Of a stretch of 64,000 nucleotides of DNA, positions 1 to 13,096 are shown piece by piece. Where the stretch lies: NCBI GenBank assembly GCA_047495785.1, contig JBLDXI010000003.1:3844001-3908000 (forward strand). Direction: 5' to 3'. The stretch's first letter is position 1; every line of letters begins with the position of its first letter. A program made the position numbers and the translations under genes. A model generated the notes under the pieces. The model was not told the DNA's origin. It did no database searches and saw only the letters and a program-made list of their open reading frames with translations. The DNA is from Lepidodermella squamata. Taxonomy: Eukaryota; Animalia; Gastrotricha.

Positions 1-3000
1 CGCCAGCCCATGTCAAAGACGCGTATCTCGTGCATATTTTGAAACAGTATCTTGAAGAAAACAAAACGAGTTCGATCATGATCTTCACTAATGTTTGCAA
101 GTAAGTCAAGCTTGATACTAGGTGACATATCTCACAAAGCATGTTGGAATCAAATTGTTTTTGTGGCTAGCGATATTTAGCCCGACTAGAGCGCGGTGGG
201 CTTTCATAGTCAAAACAACCGCCTGTGTGTCGGGTAGATAGTCTTTGATTTTACTGGCGACTGAAATTATCGAAGAAGTCGTGCTTGATTGGCTAGTTGT
301 CGATTGCCGCGAATAGGCCGACATCTGTCTGTTGGGCGTTTGAATTGAATCGCGACTCGGCGGTGTCGTTTGGCCTCTTTGTTTCCGTTCTTCCGCTAAC
401 AATTTTACCTGATTAGCGCGAACAACACATCGAAAATCGACTCGAATCAGAATAGCCAATCGCCAGCGGAGGAAGTGATTGATGTTAGTTGAAAACTCTT
501 CACGGGTGTGCATAATGTCCAACAGGTTGTTCAGCGTCCGTGGCTGATAGAACGTGACACATTTTGTCTCGGTGTGATCGAAAACCATGGTTCTAAACAT
601 CATCAGAATCACATGACTGTTAATTATCTCAAGTATTGATTACCTGCTTATGCTCTCAGGAATATCGGCGAGGGATATAATTAACTCGCCTAAAAAGCTG
701 TCACATGCCAGGCGTTTTCGCCACACTTCGATTACAAGTACGTTCGATGGCTGCACTAACTGCTCGCTGGTTAATCCAGAGCTGATCAAAAACACGGCAA
801 AAAATGAGTGGAAAACTAATTTTGTCATTAACTTACAATTCATAAGTCTCGAATTCTCGCGATTCATGCCGGTTTTGCGTGCCTTTGGTCATCTCCACAT
901 TTTCGAATTCAAAGTCCGGTTTCAGAGAAACGCGGAAATAGTAGTTCGTATCGTTTATACAAACCATTGTCAATCCATGGACTGAAAAGAAAAATCATAT
1001 TAAAATCAATCTCCCTTGAAATTTCTCGACTTACTAGCTAGAACAACCATTCCGTCTGATGAAATCTTGCCAACTTGCAAATAGATCTCGCCCTCGGGTA
1101 GTGGCTCGTTTTCTACATCGTTCTGAAAGTGTTTAACCGACTGTCGACGGCCTTTTTTCTGCGTCAATTGGCTCTCGTCACAATTGGTTACGTTCGTCAA
1201 ATAGGTTCTAATCAGATCCTTACAATTCTGGGCCCGGGTGTTTAGTTCAATTATCAACTGCTTGTACGTCTCGTTTTCTTGTAGACGGCGCGGGAAAATG
1301 ACGATTTGCGACGTTTGAATTTCAGAGAAAATTTGCTCCAAATCGTAGATTGTCCGCAAAACTCGGCTGTAATAATCGGGTCGACGGCCTTTCAACGCCA
1401 GATTACTCTTTATCAAAACGCACAAGTACGACCAGGTCGTGAAAACGCATCGAACCGCCAACTCGCCCTCCAAATTTGACAAAATCTGCTGTAGGAATTC
1501 ATTGATAGCCGCGATCAAAGCATCGCCACTTGCTGCACTTGCTTGATCCAGGAAATCTGCTACGTAATGTTCATGCTTATCCGCCGTGATCTTCGCATGA
1601 GCTTCGATGCTTCTTGAAATTATTGATGTCAGATTAAGGCGGCAGTTTTCAATCAACTCGCGGGTTAGTTGCTCCTCTTTCCGCGGAATTCTGATATCGT
1701 CGTCTTGTTCCGAGAAAATACCTGTGTCTCGGGAAGCATACGTACTACGGCCCATGGATCGATCGTCGAGTTCGATTGCTTGGTCGACAACAGTGTTTGT
1801 CTCCAATTTCCGCCAGATTTCCTCGCTTACGTACTGAATATTGCTGAGGGCTCGCATTAGCCGTTCGCTCAGTTCTTTCGCTTCTTTCAGCTCCAACTCG
1901 CTTGTCGACGACTTGCGCCTTGTTTTCGGCATTTCGTCTTGGTAGTAGCTGTCGATGCGCGTTTTATCGACGACGATGACGTGGGCTTGTTTAATAATCG
2001 CATTCGCGTACATTACAATCAACTCGCAGGCGATATCAACCGATCTGACGTTGATCAGCATTGATTGGCGCGGGTCGCTGAACTCGATACGGCGACACTC
2101 GGTGATCATGTCCGTGATGCAGGTGACCGTATCGTAGGCTGAAACAGAGACCGGTCGCCGTTCGTACAAAACACACATGGTTTTGTCCGTTGAAACTGCG
2201 TCGCGAATTCGAGTTATCGATAGATCGCGAAAGGCGTGTAGCCAATACACCACGCAAGGTTGAAATTTGGTCTCGTAAGAGCTCAGTGAATCAGTTGAGC
2301 TGGCCTTCAAGACAGGCGTTACTTCAATCACTCGAATTAGGGGAACTTTTCTTCCCGGCTGAGGGCTGCCATCCATAACTTGATCGCAGTACGTAATGCT
2401 CTCTCGGGTCAAGCGAACGAAATCAACAATTGTCTTGTACAGCTTGAACGTCAGACCAGATGTGATTGTCAAATTGCTTTGAAACATCTGATGCTTCCGT
2501 TGGTAGGTCAGAAATCGGGGAAGTAGAGCGTTGACGTGATCAACAGCCACGGAATCGATACCTGACGAAACACTGGCAAAATAGGACAATCGGTAGACTC
2601 GGAGTTGATTGATAACTGCTAGTCGGGGTGTGCAATGAATTGTAGCCTCGCGAATCGCCTCGATCAGCGTCGTGATTTTCTCGCGAAGTTGATCCAACGT
2701 GTCGATTTGCGGCCGGCGGCTATCCGCGTCGCGAGGAACCGACGGTTTTCGCATTAGGGCGCTATGGCCACTCAGCGTGGTCGTCAATTTATCGCCTTGC
2801 TTGCTGTCGAGGCGATTGATGAACCATTCGTTCGCATCGCGATAGAAACGAGCCGAAAAAATGCGCCTTACTGTCGAGCTCAAAGTATCACGCACGTCAT
2901 CAGCCATGTAAGGCGCATTCAACGCCTCCCATATAACATCGACTCGTTTTTGGAGGTACTCGAGGGCTTCATCGCTTAGCGGAAAGGTCACTGGTGCTTC

Positions 3001-6000
3001 ATTGTCCATCAAATGAACACTCTCAGTGACGAAATTGCTTGTGTATGACACGAGTATAGGGACAGCTAGTTTGCTAACCGGGTCAATAGTTTCTCCTTCG
3101 AGTAGATTTGCATCTGATCCCATATTTTTGTTGCTTTTCGATAATTTTGACCATAAGCTGTCAAGGCGGCTCTGATGCAATTTCACCGCGTTATTGATAT
3201 AGCCGAAATTCATATTCGCCTCGAAGAACGAGTTCGACATGCTGGATCTCAGCGACATAACCGCGGCCAAATTCAACAGTTTGGTTGCTAGATCAGGTAG
3301 ATTTTTCTGATGCGCGAATAGTTGCAGCATATGCGCAGCTTCTGGCATCAGTTCTCCTGTGAATTGCTCTTGTCGCATCAACGCGTTCCGATACAACACA
3401 CGGGCTAGTTCGAAGTAGGACTTGACCCATTCGCGGAAGAGCGGTGTATTTCTATCGGTCAATTGAATGCGGTGTTGCTCGGTTTGCAGCTGAACATCGA
3501 CCTGGTAGATTTTCGCACTAGCGCAGCTTTGACTCGGCTTTTTGTTCCAAGTTTTCACCTTCGTTGACTCTGGGTCGTTCGAATCAGGCTTGGGCAGAGC
3601 GATCCAGCCTGACGCGACGTCACCGGTCAAATATTGGAGGGGAATCGTAGCCCAGCCTAGGCAGTTATTATCACCCGTATGCAGCGGTTCTGTTTTTGGA
3701 GAGAAGGGTTTAATCGAAAACCAGCCGCCCAGGTAGCCTTTGCGTCTCTTCAGCGAGTTGTATTTACTGTCGCTTTCATTGTCGCCACTTCTCGCCTTTT
3801 TATCGCTTGCCTCTTTCTCCTTCTCCAAATAACGGTGCCATATGGAAATCGTGATAGCAGTTGCTTTGTTGCAAACCACGCCATTGCTGATTCATATTTC
3901 CAAAAATATTGAGGTCATTATTATAAGGCGGACAATTATAACTTACAATTCGAGTTTTGATTTGTCAAAAAATCCGTCCTGCCTCGCTGTTCCAGTAGCT
4001 TGTGCTAAGGTTTCCATGGCAGGTTCGGCAAAGGTTTCATCCGCTGATGCTAGCTGCCCATCATCAGTTATCGCGCCTTCGTTTTCACTCTCGTCCGAAG
4101 GATCTTGTGATTTGAAGCTGACGAAAGACATGTCTGATATGTTTCTCATGTGCCCAGTAGCGTCTGCATTCGTTAGGGAGCGTTTGCGCGGGCTGCGATC
4201 GTCTAGTAGACTGGATTCAGAGTCGGCGAAATCGTTGACCAAGATCTCGTTCACGCTCTCTTTCGGGCTTTCTTGCCATAAATTTTCAACGCTACTCTTG
4301 CGTTGTGGGGTCGAAAGCCTGGTCTCGCTGTCCTCAGACCGCCGTTCACTGTCGTTTCGTTTGCGCTCAGACAGGCGATGCGGCACTTTCAGGGTAGCTG
4401 GGGCTGAAAATATATGGTGCAGGTCTGTGAAGCTGTTGCTCCGAGACCGCAACTCGCCAATCGTGCGACGCGCCGTTTCACGAGCGATGCCATTATTCTC
4501 ACTATTGACGATTTGAACCAGGCAGAACACGCCGAATTGCTCGGCGAAATTTGTTCTCGCTTTATCGGCGTGGAACTTGTTGACGCTGATCGAGATGTCC
4601 ATTTTCACGCGGTTGCTCACCCGTTCGTAGGCATCACTGTGCCACGCGTAGATTTGACTCTTATCGAACCCGGTCGCGTCGGCTAGAAACGTTAGCAACT
4701 GCTCATTTTGAATTTTCTGGCCGCGCCGGTTCCAACACGTGTCGATGGCTATGCATTCAAGCAGGTCGCGAACAAGTCGTTCTTCAGTTCCGAAAGTGTT
4801 TGACATGATGCAATAACTAAATTATCTGAAGACCCAAATATTCCGGACTGAAGTAAGTAAAACCCCAGTGTCTGCGTGGTCCGCTGTTTTTATCCACAGT
4901 GTTTGTTCAGCGGAGAACCCGTTAGTTTGATAAGCAGTTTTTTAGTCTGGCCATTGTCGTCATGCACAAACAAGGGTGATAACGCAGTGGTGTTGATAGA
5001 CTCGGTTCGATGGGCGTAACGCGCACTGCCCTGAGCCAACTTACTCGTATCGTATCTTCACGCAAAAATTAGGTTGAAGCGTTGTCTTCTTCTAGTATGA
5101 ACCAGTGATTTATTAAGAAGGACACTAATAGCGCAAGCTTTGTTTATTTTGTTCAACGTGGCATTTTTCCTTATATGTCGTTCAATTATCTAAAGGAGAC
5201 TGGCGCTGAACGAAACAGTTAGGAGTAACACTTTTACGCAAGCTAAAAATTGCAAGTTCCATCATCATTCGCCGTGATTCTGCCGCGACTAGTACAGGCT
5301 CCATTGCTGGAATCATTTGTTTCAATCTTTGAACAAGTGGCCGGTCTAGAGTACTCGGGCGAGCCTCCTGCTCCTCAGAAGTTTTCAATCGTCTCATGCA
5401 TTCAGCATCGACTCTGATCAGTTGTTCGAGTCTCCACCTTAAGAAACGGTTGATTGAGTCGGAAATTTTCTTCCGCGTGTCCATAATCTGTAACAGGTCC
5501 TTGACGCGTCGCGGTTGATAAAAGCTCATGCGCGATACTGGTGTAGCAAGAGCATCTTGTCTGAATCATGAGAGAAAAAACAATGAATCATTAAGTAAAA
5601 GCATTGCAGCGGACTAACCGTGAGACTTTGGGTGCAATACTGACTAGCGGGATCACGAGTTCTCCGATGTAGCTGTCGCATGTCAAATATTTACGCCAAA
5701 TCTCAACCACTAGAACTGTCAACCGTGTACTGTCGGTCATTTGATGTAGTTCCAGGTCCGAACTAAAGTAGGACGTAAACAAGTTTTGTTAGTATTAAGT
5801 TCAACGTGAAATGACAAACAATTCAAAAATTGGTATCTGTCGCGCATTGTCGCTAGGGGTGTAACTCGTTTTCATCGCCACGCGGCTGCTCTGAAACTCG
5901 GGCTTGATGGAAATTTTGACGTAGTGATGTGCGTCAGGCTCATAAGCCGATCGAATTTTGTGAACTAGAATCGAAAATAGCTGTTTTAAGGTGGATTTTT

Positions 6001-9000
6001 CTCACTAAAATTACCTGCTGCTATAACGAGTCTGTCTTCAACCACTTTTCCAACCAAGATGTCTATATCGCCCTCTTTCGGCATTTGAGTCTGATTAGTT
6101 CTTCGGTCGTTGAAATTGACCATTTGCAGCGAATAGGAGTGCAGTAGGTCATAATCGTTTTTGCCCCACTTTTGCAGGGCTTTGTCCAGCGTTTCGTAGA
6201 TGACTTTTTTAGCGACTGAATCCTCCGAGTTATTACAGTTTTGCTTCTGAGCCTCTATAAATTCGTCTCTCAAGTGCCGCATGAATTTTAAAATTCGTTG
6301 ATAATACGTGAAATCTCGTTCGGTTCCGAATTGATCTTCCAACGCGCTCAGTAAAAGCTGACAAAGTGATGTCCAAAATATGTCAATCGTAAAATACGCG
6401 TCGGCATCATTCAAATTTTTGTTTGTAATATCCAAAAGCTGTTTCACAGTTGCGAGAATGTCGTCACTAATGCTGACAACAGCGTTGAAGAAATACGCGG
6501 AAATCCATTCGCCCCAATATTGTTGCAATACTTTGAAAAAATCTTGAACTTGGCATTGCTTGAAATCGGCAACTTTACGGCTGCTTTCCGCAAATAATCG
6601 ATCGTTGTCCGGCCAGCTTTGAATGATTGATTGATGAATATGATCGATGTTATTCACGGCAATCATTAGCCGTTCGCCGATATCGATAACAGCCTGAACA
6701 GCGTCTTCATCTTGATGTTTCTCATCATGTTGTTTGCCGTAGTTGTAGGCTTGTTGAACAATTGCCCGAGAGTATTCATCGATTACTGTGTTCAAAATGC
6801 CTTCAAGCTCGTTGTTGATAAACTCAAGTTGAGCCGTGTCTGACGTATTGATTTTACGGCACTCGCTGATAACCTCGGTCGTAACCATGCCTTTGATTTC
6901 GATAGCAGACCACGAAATCAGATGCCGCTCGTTCACCGGCTTCATTTGATCGCTGCTCGCTGATTTTTGAACCCTAGCCAAGGCTAAATGGCGAAACGCA
7001 AACATCCAGTAAGTGATGAAGGGTTTGAACAGAGCCCGATTGCCGCTGATGGTTTTTTCCGGCTCTGGCTGGCTCGACCAAAATCGATTTTGCTCGATGA
7101 AATCGATGACAGTTCGATACAATTTGAACGATAATTTTGCGGTCACAGTTAAATTATTGACGTAATTCGCGTAAATTTTGCGGTATTCTTCCAGGCTATC
7201 CAAAACCTCCTTCACATGCTGTAGAGCGATTTCATCGATAGCCAACAGCGTTTCTTTCTGGAAATCCAGCCCGCATTGCTGAACTTGGCACAAAGTCGGG
7301 CTGTTTTGAGTGCATTGGTCAACTGCGTCTTTTAATGCATCGGTCAATTTTTCGAATTTCGAATCCAAAAGTGCTGTCGAATCAGTTGTAGCTGATGTTA
7401 TGCGAATTGTAGATCCAATCAGCAGACTTCTCCCAATGGGCGTTGGAACATTTTGAATAGCTAATTTTGATTCAAACCACTCAATGCAATCTCGCCGTAA
7501 TAATTTTGCAAAGGTGTCTTGATACAAAGCAGTCAGGCGGTCTTTCTCCTCCTGACTAAGATAGTCGAGAGCCAAAATTTCCCCGATAATTCCGTATCGT
7601 TGAACGAAATTACTTTCACCCAATTCTTGCATAGGAAATGCCTTGACTTCTGGCGATTTCTTTATGAAATCGATTGTCAACTCGATGAATTCTGGGATTG
7701 ATTTCATGACATAGTCGATTTTGCATTTCTTGATAAGTAAATCATTTTGATTGGGCGTGAGCCGTCGATGTTTCATTGTGCCATTTGTTTCGGTCTGGCA
7801 CTTCCTGAGTCGATTGCATACCGACAGAATAGCACTGTTCAGCATATCCTCTCCCCTCCAGTCAATGAAAGCTCGTTGATTTGAGGTCATTGAAGGCAAA
7901 GACATTAAGGCGGCTAATTCTCTAAACACTCAGTCGACTATTTCAAAGTTCTCATAACCGAAAATAACTTACAGTAAATAACTAGCTTCGTCAGAAATTC
8001 CTTTGTGCAGCTTGTATAATTCGAGAATGAAGCACATCTCCTCACTCAGAGCACCAGCCATATCTGAGGATTGGTCCAAAATCGAGTATTTGTAAAACGC
8101 CTTGGCTGTTTCGTGATATCGCCAAATCCATTTCACGAAGTCTTGCCTTGTACGTTCCGATGCCTTCAAATAGATAGGAACTTGTCGAATCGAAATCATT
8201 CTTTTCTATCTACTTACCTCCACCTTATGAAGAGCTACCTCGAGATGAATTTGCACTCGGTACTTGTTTGAGCTGATCGTACCTGTATCTGCTCGGCTTC
8301 TTCTACCGCGGATTTCATTTTGCGGCTCTTCACCCGGCTTTACCATTTGACTCCAGTATTCGCCGGTTTGAAGCTTCATTCTAGCCAATCCGAGGCAAGG
8401 CTTCGCATCTAATGGTTGCTTTTTCGGCCGACCTGCAAGTAAATCCACGAGCCAGTTCGATTTTCCCGAGTTCGTTGCCATCGCTCTGGTGATGTGGGCA
8501 CCTCGAGGCGGCAGAGTACTGATCGCTAGAGAATTCATTGAACCCTGAGCTGAAGTCTCGTCATCAAGCCATAATGAAATGATTAGTTCAGCCGACGGGA
8601 GGCAAGATATTCCTTCACTAGATTCACGATAAAAAATTAAGGTGGCATATTATAAATTGGCTTTCGCCTACAAAATGAGTCGATTTGGATTGTGGAAATG
8701 GCCGCCTTTCTTCCTAGCGTGACCGGTTCGCTTCGCTGGAACTTCGACTCTCCTTTTGCTGCTTAGTTTTGGCTCCGGTGTCAGAGGCGTTTCATCGCTT
8801 TTCAAGAAACTATTGCAATCGGCCGGCAGTGAGGTTGACCCTGGTCGGTTTCCTGTTGCGTTTCCTATACTCGAGCCTGACCTTGGGCGAGAATTTGATT
8901 CATTATCACTTTCCGGCCCAGTTACCTGAATTTTTATCTAAAAAAAGGTTTTTTTAGCTTCAAGGGGAAAGTTTTCTCACTTCAGGCGGTGAGGTTTGAA

Positions 9001-10364
9001 GCTGCGCGATTTTCGCGCCCATGGAATATCTACCGATAATAGTCGTTGTTAGCACATCGTCTGATCCGATAGATTCGCAATCTGAATCACCGGTTTTGCT
9101 CCCCATTACAGCTATATTCAGCATGCTTGAGCTTCTCGCTCGGTCCACTGTTGTATCAGTCGCATTGGCGTAACCAGCGTTCGAAACCTGAGCTAGGCAG
9201 TAGACGCCTAGCTTTTCAATCAAGTCGCCTAAACGATTCTCGCAATCGATTTTGCCGAAATTGACGCATACATCCAGGGTAACAGGCTGTAAGAAAGTAT
9301 TTAAGGCGGAAACAACTCTATTATTAACGTGACGTTACCATTTTGGAAATGACGTAGCTGACGTTGTCGTAGGCTTTTTCTATCGCGTGCTGGTCTTGAA
9401 GTACCCTTCCGAGGCATGCAAGTAGAGCTTCGGTTGTGGGGTAAGTCCCACGTCCCATCATTTTCCATTGTTTTTCGAAAGCTATCGACTTCACAAGATC
9501 AGCTATCAGACGATCTCGTGACTCTCGCACTTCCAATTGCATTGATTGTTGCCGTAACATTATATGAATGGCAGCCGGTTTTCTTTTGTGTGTGAACTAT
9601 CCGTTTTGATAAGCTCAATATAATAAGGACTCCGCCCCTTTTTAGGGCGGGTGATAATTATATTTGCATTTCCTGATATGTGTTTTTTTCGTGCAGATAC
9701 TGCCAAATTTTGGGCATGATGCTGACCACACTTGGGTTTGATCTGGTTGTACTTCATTCCCTGGTGCCGCAAAGTCAAAGACTCGCGAGTTTGGCCCGGT
9801 TCAAGTCAGCCCATGTTCCGATTTTACTGGCCACCGATGTAGCTAGCCGCGGTCTTGACATTCCACTTGTCGACCTTGTTATCAACCACAACGTGCCCAC
9901 TCGATCGAAAGACTACGTTCACCGGGTCGGTCGAACTGCTCGCATGGGCCGCTCTGGCATGGCCATTACCCTGGTTACCCAATTCGACATAAAACTGATC
10001 AAATCAATCGAAAGCTTTATTAGTAAGATTTGGAATTTTGTGTATTTTACAGTTTTTAACAAATTTTATTTCAGATATGAAACTTGGCGAGTATCCAGTT
10101 GATGAAAAAGCTATTGCGGGTATCGCTGCCGAAGTCGGTTTAGCTCGGCGCGAGGCTGAAATCAAGCTCGACGAGGTTGATTTCGGAGAAAAGAAGGAAA
10201 TCAACAAGCGTAAACGTATGATTCTTGAAGGGCGGGACCCTGATGCGAAACCTGAGGCTGATCAGAGTAGTGAAATCAAACCGAAGAAAAAAGTGCCCGG
10301 TAAAAAGCTCAAGCAAATTAGCAATGAGGACAAGGGTGAAACCGTGGAAGGTGCTGCTGAGTGA
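1..10364 (+). CDS. DDX49: DEAD-box RNA helicase DDX49/Dbp8, 5'-partial; exons <1-100, 9697-10022, 10075-10364
   Basis: Exon 1-100 reads [33 protein letters not shown] and ends at a GTAAGT donor (101). It joins in phase at the GTGCAG acceptor (9696) to [34 protein letters not shown] (motifs V/VI). The C-terminal [32 protein letters not shown] is typical of DDX49. Confidence 0.93.
118..4806 (-). CDS. Munc13-4/BAIAP3-like C2-MUN-C2 protein, paralogue A, nested antisense in the DDX49 intron; about 5 exons (4806-3947, 3886-1035, 981-~837, ~783-~645, ~616-118)
   Basis: GT-AG joined ORFs. Split C2A (ITISIWHRY...[14 protein letters not shown]), long helical MUN-like region, C2B ([35 protein letters not shown]) and a tail [21 protein letters not shown] resembling the UNC13D/BAIAP3 C-terminus. 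The protein is very divergent, so the family call rests on architecture. Confidence 0.68.
4890..4999. promoter_or_regulatory. Cluster of GATA-type sites upstream of Munc13-like paralogue A
   Basis: TTATCC 4890, TGATAAG 4928, TGATAA 4977 and TGATAG 4994, all within about 200 bp of the ATG at 4806. Confidence 0.35.
5182..9560 (-). CDS. Munc13-4/BAIAP3-like C2-MUN-C2 protein, paralogue B, nested antisense in the DDX49 intron; about 9 exons
   Basis: Collinear similarity to paralogue A: [11 protein letters not shown] vs [11 protein letters not shown]; [19 protein letters not shown] vs [19 protein letters not shown]; [10 protein letters not shown] vs [10 protein letters not shown]; [22 protein letters not shown]; [26 protein letters not shown]. 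Confidence 0.68.
9607..9657. promoter_or_regulatory. Compact putative promoter of paralogue B: two TGATAA sites flanking inverted GC boxes
   Basis: TGATAAG 9607, CCGCCCC-TTTTTA-GGGCGG 9632-9650 and TGATAA 9652, lying between the ATG (9560, - strand) and the DDX49 acceptor (9696). Confidence 0.35.
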
Positions 10365-10481
10365 ATTTTATTCGTTGTTTTTGGCTCAAATATTGCAATG
10401 CATCGTTCTATTTAATTGACTGATTTTCGATTTTTCTGTAGACTTCATAGAAATTTAATATTTTTTTTCGCAATAATTATA

Positions 10482-11229
10482 ATGAGTCTTGGCCAAGTTA
10501 CCCACGTTATTTTCGACGTTGATGGAACGCTGTTGAATACGGAAGATATTTACACCGAAGTCTTTGACCAAATCACAATGCAGTTGGCTAACAAGCGCTT
10601 CACCATGGAGGTCAAGCAGAAAATGATGGGCCGTCATCGCCTCGAGGCTTTTGTCATTTTTAAAGGTTCGTACAATTTATTTATTAAGCTGGATTTTTTT
10701 TATGTTAATTTCGTTTATTTCAGAGAGCTTTGGTATCGAGAATTCAGTGGAAGAGATTGATGCTACTGCGAATTCGCTGCTGTTTCAAAAGTTTCCGAAA
10801 GCTAATCTGCTGCCTGGCGTTGAGCGTTTAGTCAAACATTTGTATGCGAAAGGAATTCCAATGGCGGTAGCGACTGGTAGTGACACAGAGTCGTTTGAGG
10901 CGAAGACTCGCGGCACTCGAGATTTCTTTGAAAAATACTTCGAAACCTGCGTGTTGACGTCAGACCCTGAAGTGAAGCATGGCAAACCTGCGCCTGACGT
11001 ATTTCTTGTGGCAGCTAAACGATTCAAAAACCCACCGGCTTCAATGGAAAATGTGCTAGTATTTGAAGACGCAGCTAACGGGGTTCAAGCCGCTCTTTCA
11101 GCCGGCATGAAAGTGCTATGGGTACCTAGTTTGCCGGTAGATTCGTCCCAGCTACCTGCTCATGCTGTTATTCCAAGCCTAGAGGTGTTCAGGCCTGAAA
11201 CTTTCGGACTACCTCCGTTTGATAATTGA
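10482..11229 (+). CDS. PUDP: HAD-family pseudouridine-5'-phosphatase (HDHD1/GS1-like), copy 1; exons 10482-10665, 10724-11229
   Basis: THVIFDVDGTLLNTE (motif I), AVATGS (II), GKPAPDVF (III), VFEDAANGV (IV), C-terminal FRPETFGLPPF; 58 bp GT-AG intron. Confidence 0.9.
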
Positions 11230-11850
11230 CTTCAGTCGAACAACAAATTTAATCACTGTTGAGAATTAGCTTTTCAGTCTTCGTAATTTCCGGTTACCTC
11301 AACTTCGAAAAATCTTAGTATTAGATTGAGTTTAAAGCTGTTGCTATACCTGAGCCTTTTAACTGTTTGTCGTTCATTTCTATGATTAATCGACGCAATG
11401 CTATATGGATCATTCAGCGCCTTTGTTGTTGATTTTTTGTACGAAAAAGCTCAGCGGTATATTGATAAATGCTGATGTCTGCAATGACGTGCGATGAAAC
11501 ATCACCTCTTTGAAACTGTTAATCTCTTTCTTGATGCTTGCTGTTCGCTCATTGGCAAGGGCTTATCGCGCCCGTGTTTAAGTGTTGAAAGCTTTAATAC
11601 CAATAATAATAACGTTGATATTTTATCTGAAAACGCCGAACTGCCCGGTACTGTTGTTAATCTATCTTACGGCGATAAGTGAGACTATTTTTTTGTGTTC
11701 GCACTAGTGAGTTGGTTAGATTATTTTTTATCCGTGATCGCTTGTCAACAATTTTCGTATCGAAAGAAATTGAGGAACATAATTTTAATTTTGTTTCAAT
11801 TTTTTTAGATGGCAATTATTCATATTTTATAGCATAAATATACCAAGACA

Positions 11851-12579
11851 ATGCAGCCTCAATTATATCAAGTGACTCACGTGATATTTGACCTTGATGG
11901 GCTGCTGATCAACACCGAGGAGCTTTACACCCAAGTTTTCGACGATTTAGCTGTAAAATGGGTTGGCAAGCGTTTCGATTACGAAATCAAACAGCAGATG
12001 ATGGGCCGGCCGCGAATAGACGCGCTGACTTTATACAAGGAAAAACTACAAATACCTCTGAGCATCGACGAAATCGACGTGACAGCTCGCCGGCATCTCA
12101 ATGAAATGCTGCCGACCGCCGATTTGATGCCCGGCGTCGAGCGGCTTGTTTCTCACCTGTTCGAACACGGCATTCCGATGGCGATCGCGACCAGCTCGGA
12201 CGACCAGTCTTTCGCGTGCAAAACTACCCGGCATAGTTCGTTTTTCTCTAAATACTTCGACCACGTCGTGCTCAGCACAGACCCGGCCGTTAAGAACGGA
12301 AAACCGGAACCCGACATTTTCCTAGCGGCCGCTGACCGCTTTAAAAACCCGCCTATCGACTACAGGAATTGCGTTGTTTTCGAAGACGCGGTGATTGGCG
12401 TTCAAGGCGCCCTGGCTGCCGGTATGCATTGCGTCTGGGTGCCGTCGATTCCGAACCAGGACACCACGCTGATGCCAGCTCACGTTGTCCTGTCAAGTTT
12501 GGAACTCTTTGAGCCGGAGCGATTCGGCCTGCCGGCTTTTGGCTCGCCGCCGAATTCGCCTTCCTCTCAAGGCGATTGA
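11851..12579 (+). CDS. PUDP: HAD-family pseudouridine-5'-phosphatase (HDHD1/GS1-like), copy 2, intronless
   Basis: Single 242 aa ORF with FDLDGLLINTE, AIATSS, GKPEPDIF, VFEDAVIGV and FEPERFGLPAF. Confidence 0.9.
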   Translation: MQPQLYQVTHVIFDLDGLLINTEELYTQVFDDLAVKWVGKRFDYEIKQQMMGRPRIDALTLYKEKLQIPLSIDEIDVTARRHLNEMLPTADLMPGVERLVSHLFEHGIPMAIATSSDDQSFACKTTRHSSFFSKYFDHVVLSTDPAVKNGKPEPDIFLAAADRFKNPPIDYRNCVVFEDAVIGVQGALAAGMHCVWVPSIPNQDTTLMPAHVVLSSLELFEPERFGLPAFGSPPNSPSSQGD

Positions 12580-13096
12580 TCAGATTAAGCGTTATTTTTT
12601 CTCTTTCTCTATCGATCCGAGCAACCTCGTAAAATTAACAGCTATGCCATCAATTTATTCTGTTACTTAACAAACTTTAGCGAGGTTTAATTTGAGGAAA
12701 ATCAAATAATTTTCTACTTATGACGATGTATCTCTCTTTTCGCGCGTGACGACTTATCAAGATTTTCGATTTGTTTGTTGGGAGGGAGGGCTTCGCAGAA
12801 TTATCCAAATAATACTTCCTCTCTTGCGTCTTTTTTACATGGAAGGTACTGTAAGGTTTCTGAAAAATTGTGTCGACTACAAGTCTGTTCTTTCTCGTTG
12901 TTTTTTGTAATAATATTAATAATTGACATGACAGAGCTTGAAAATGATAACTGGACTTTCGTAACACCGGTTAACCGATTAGGTTTATGCAATTATATTC
13001 TGGATGATGCTGAGATATAATTATATTCTGGAAAAGAAGAAAATTGGTTTTTGATAATTTATCTGAATATTAATTATAGATTTTACCGGACTTGAA

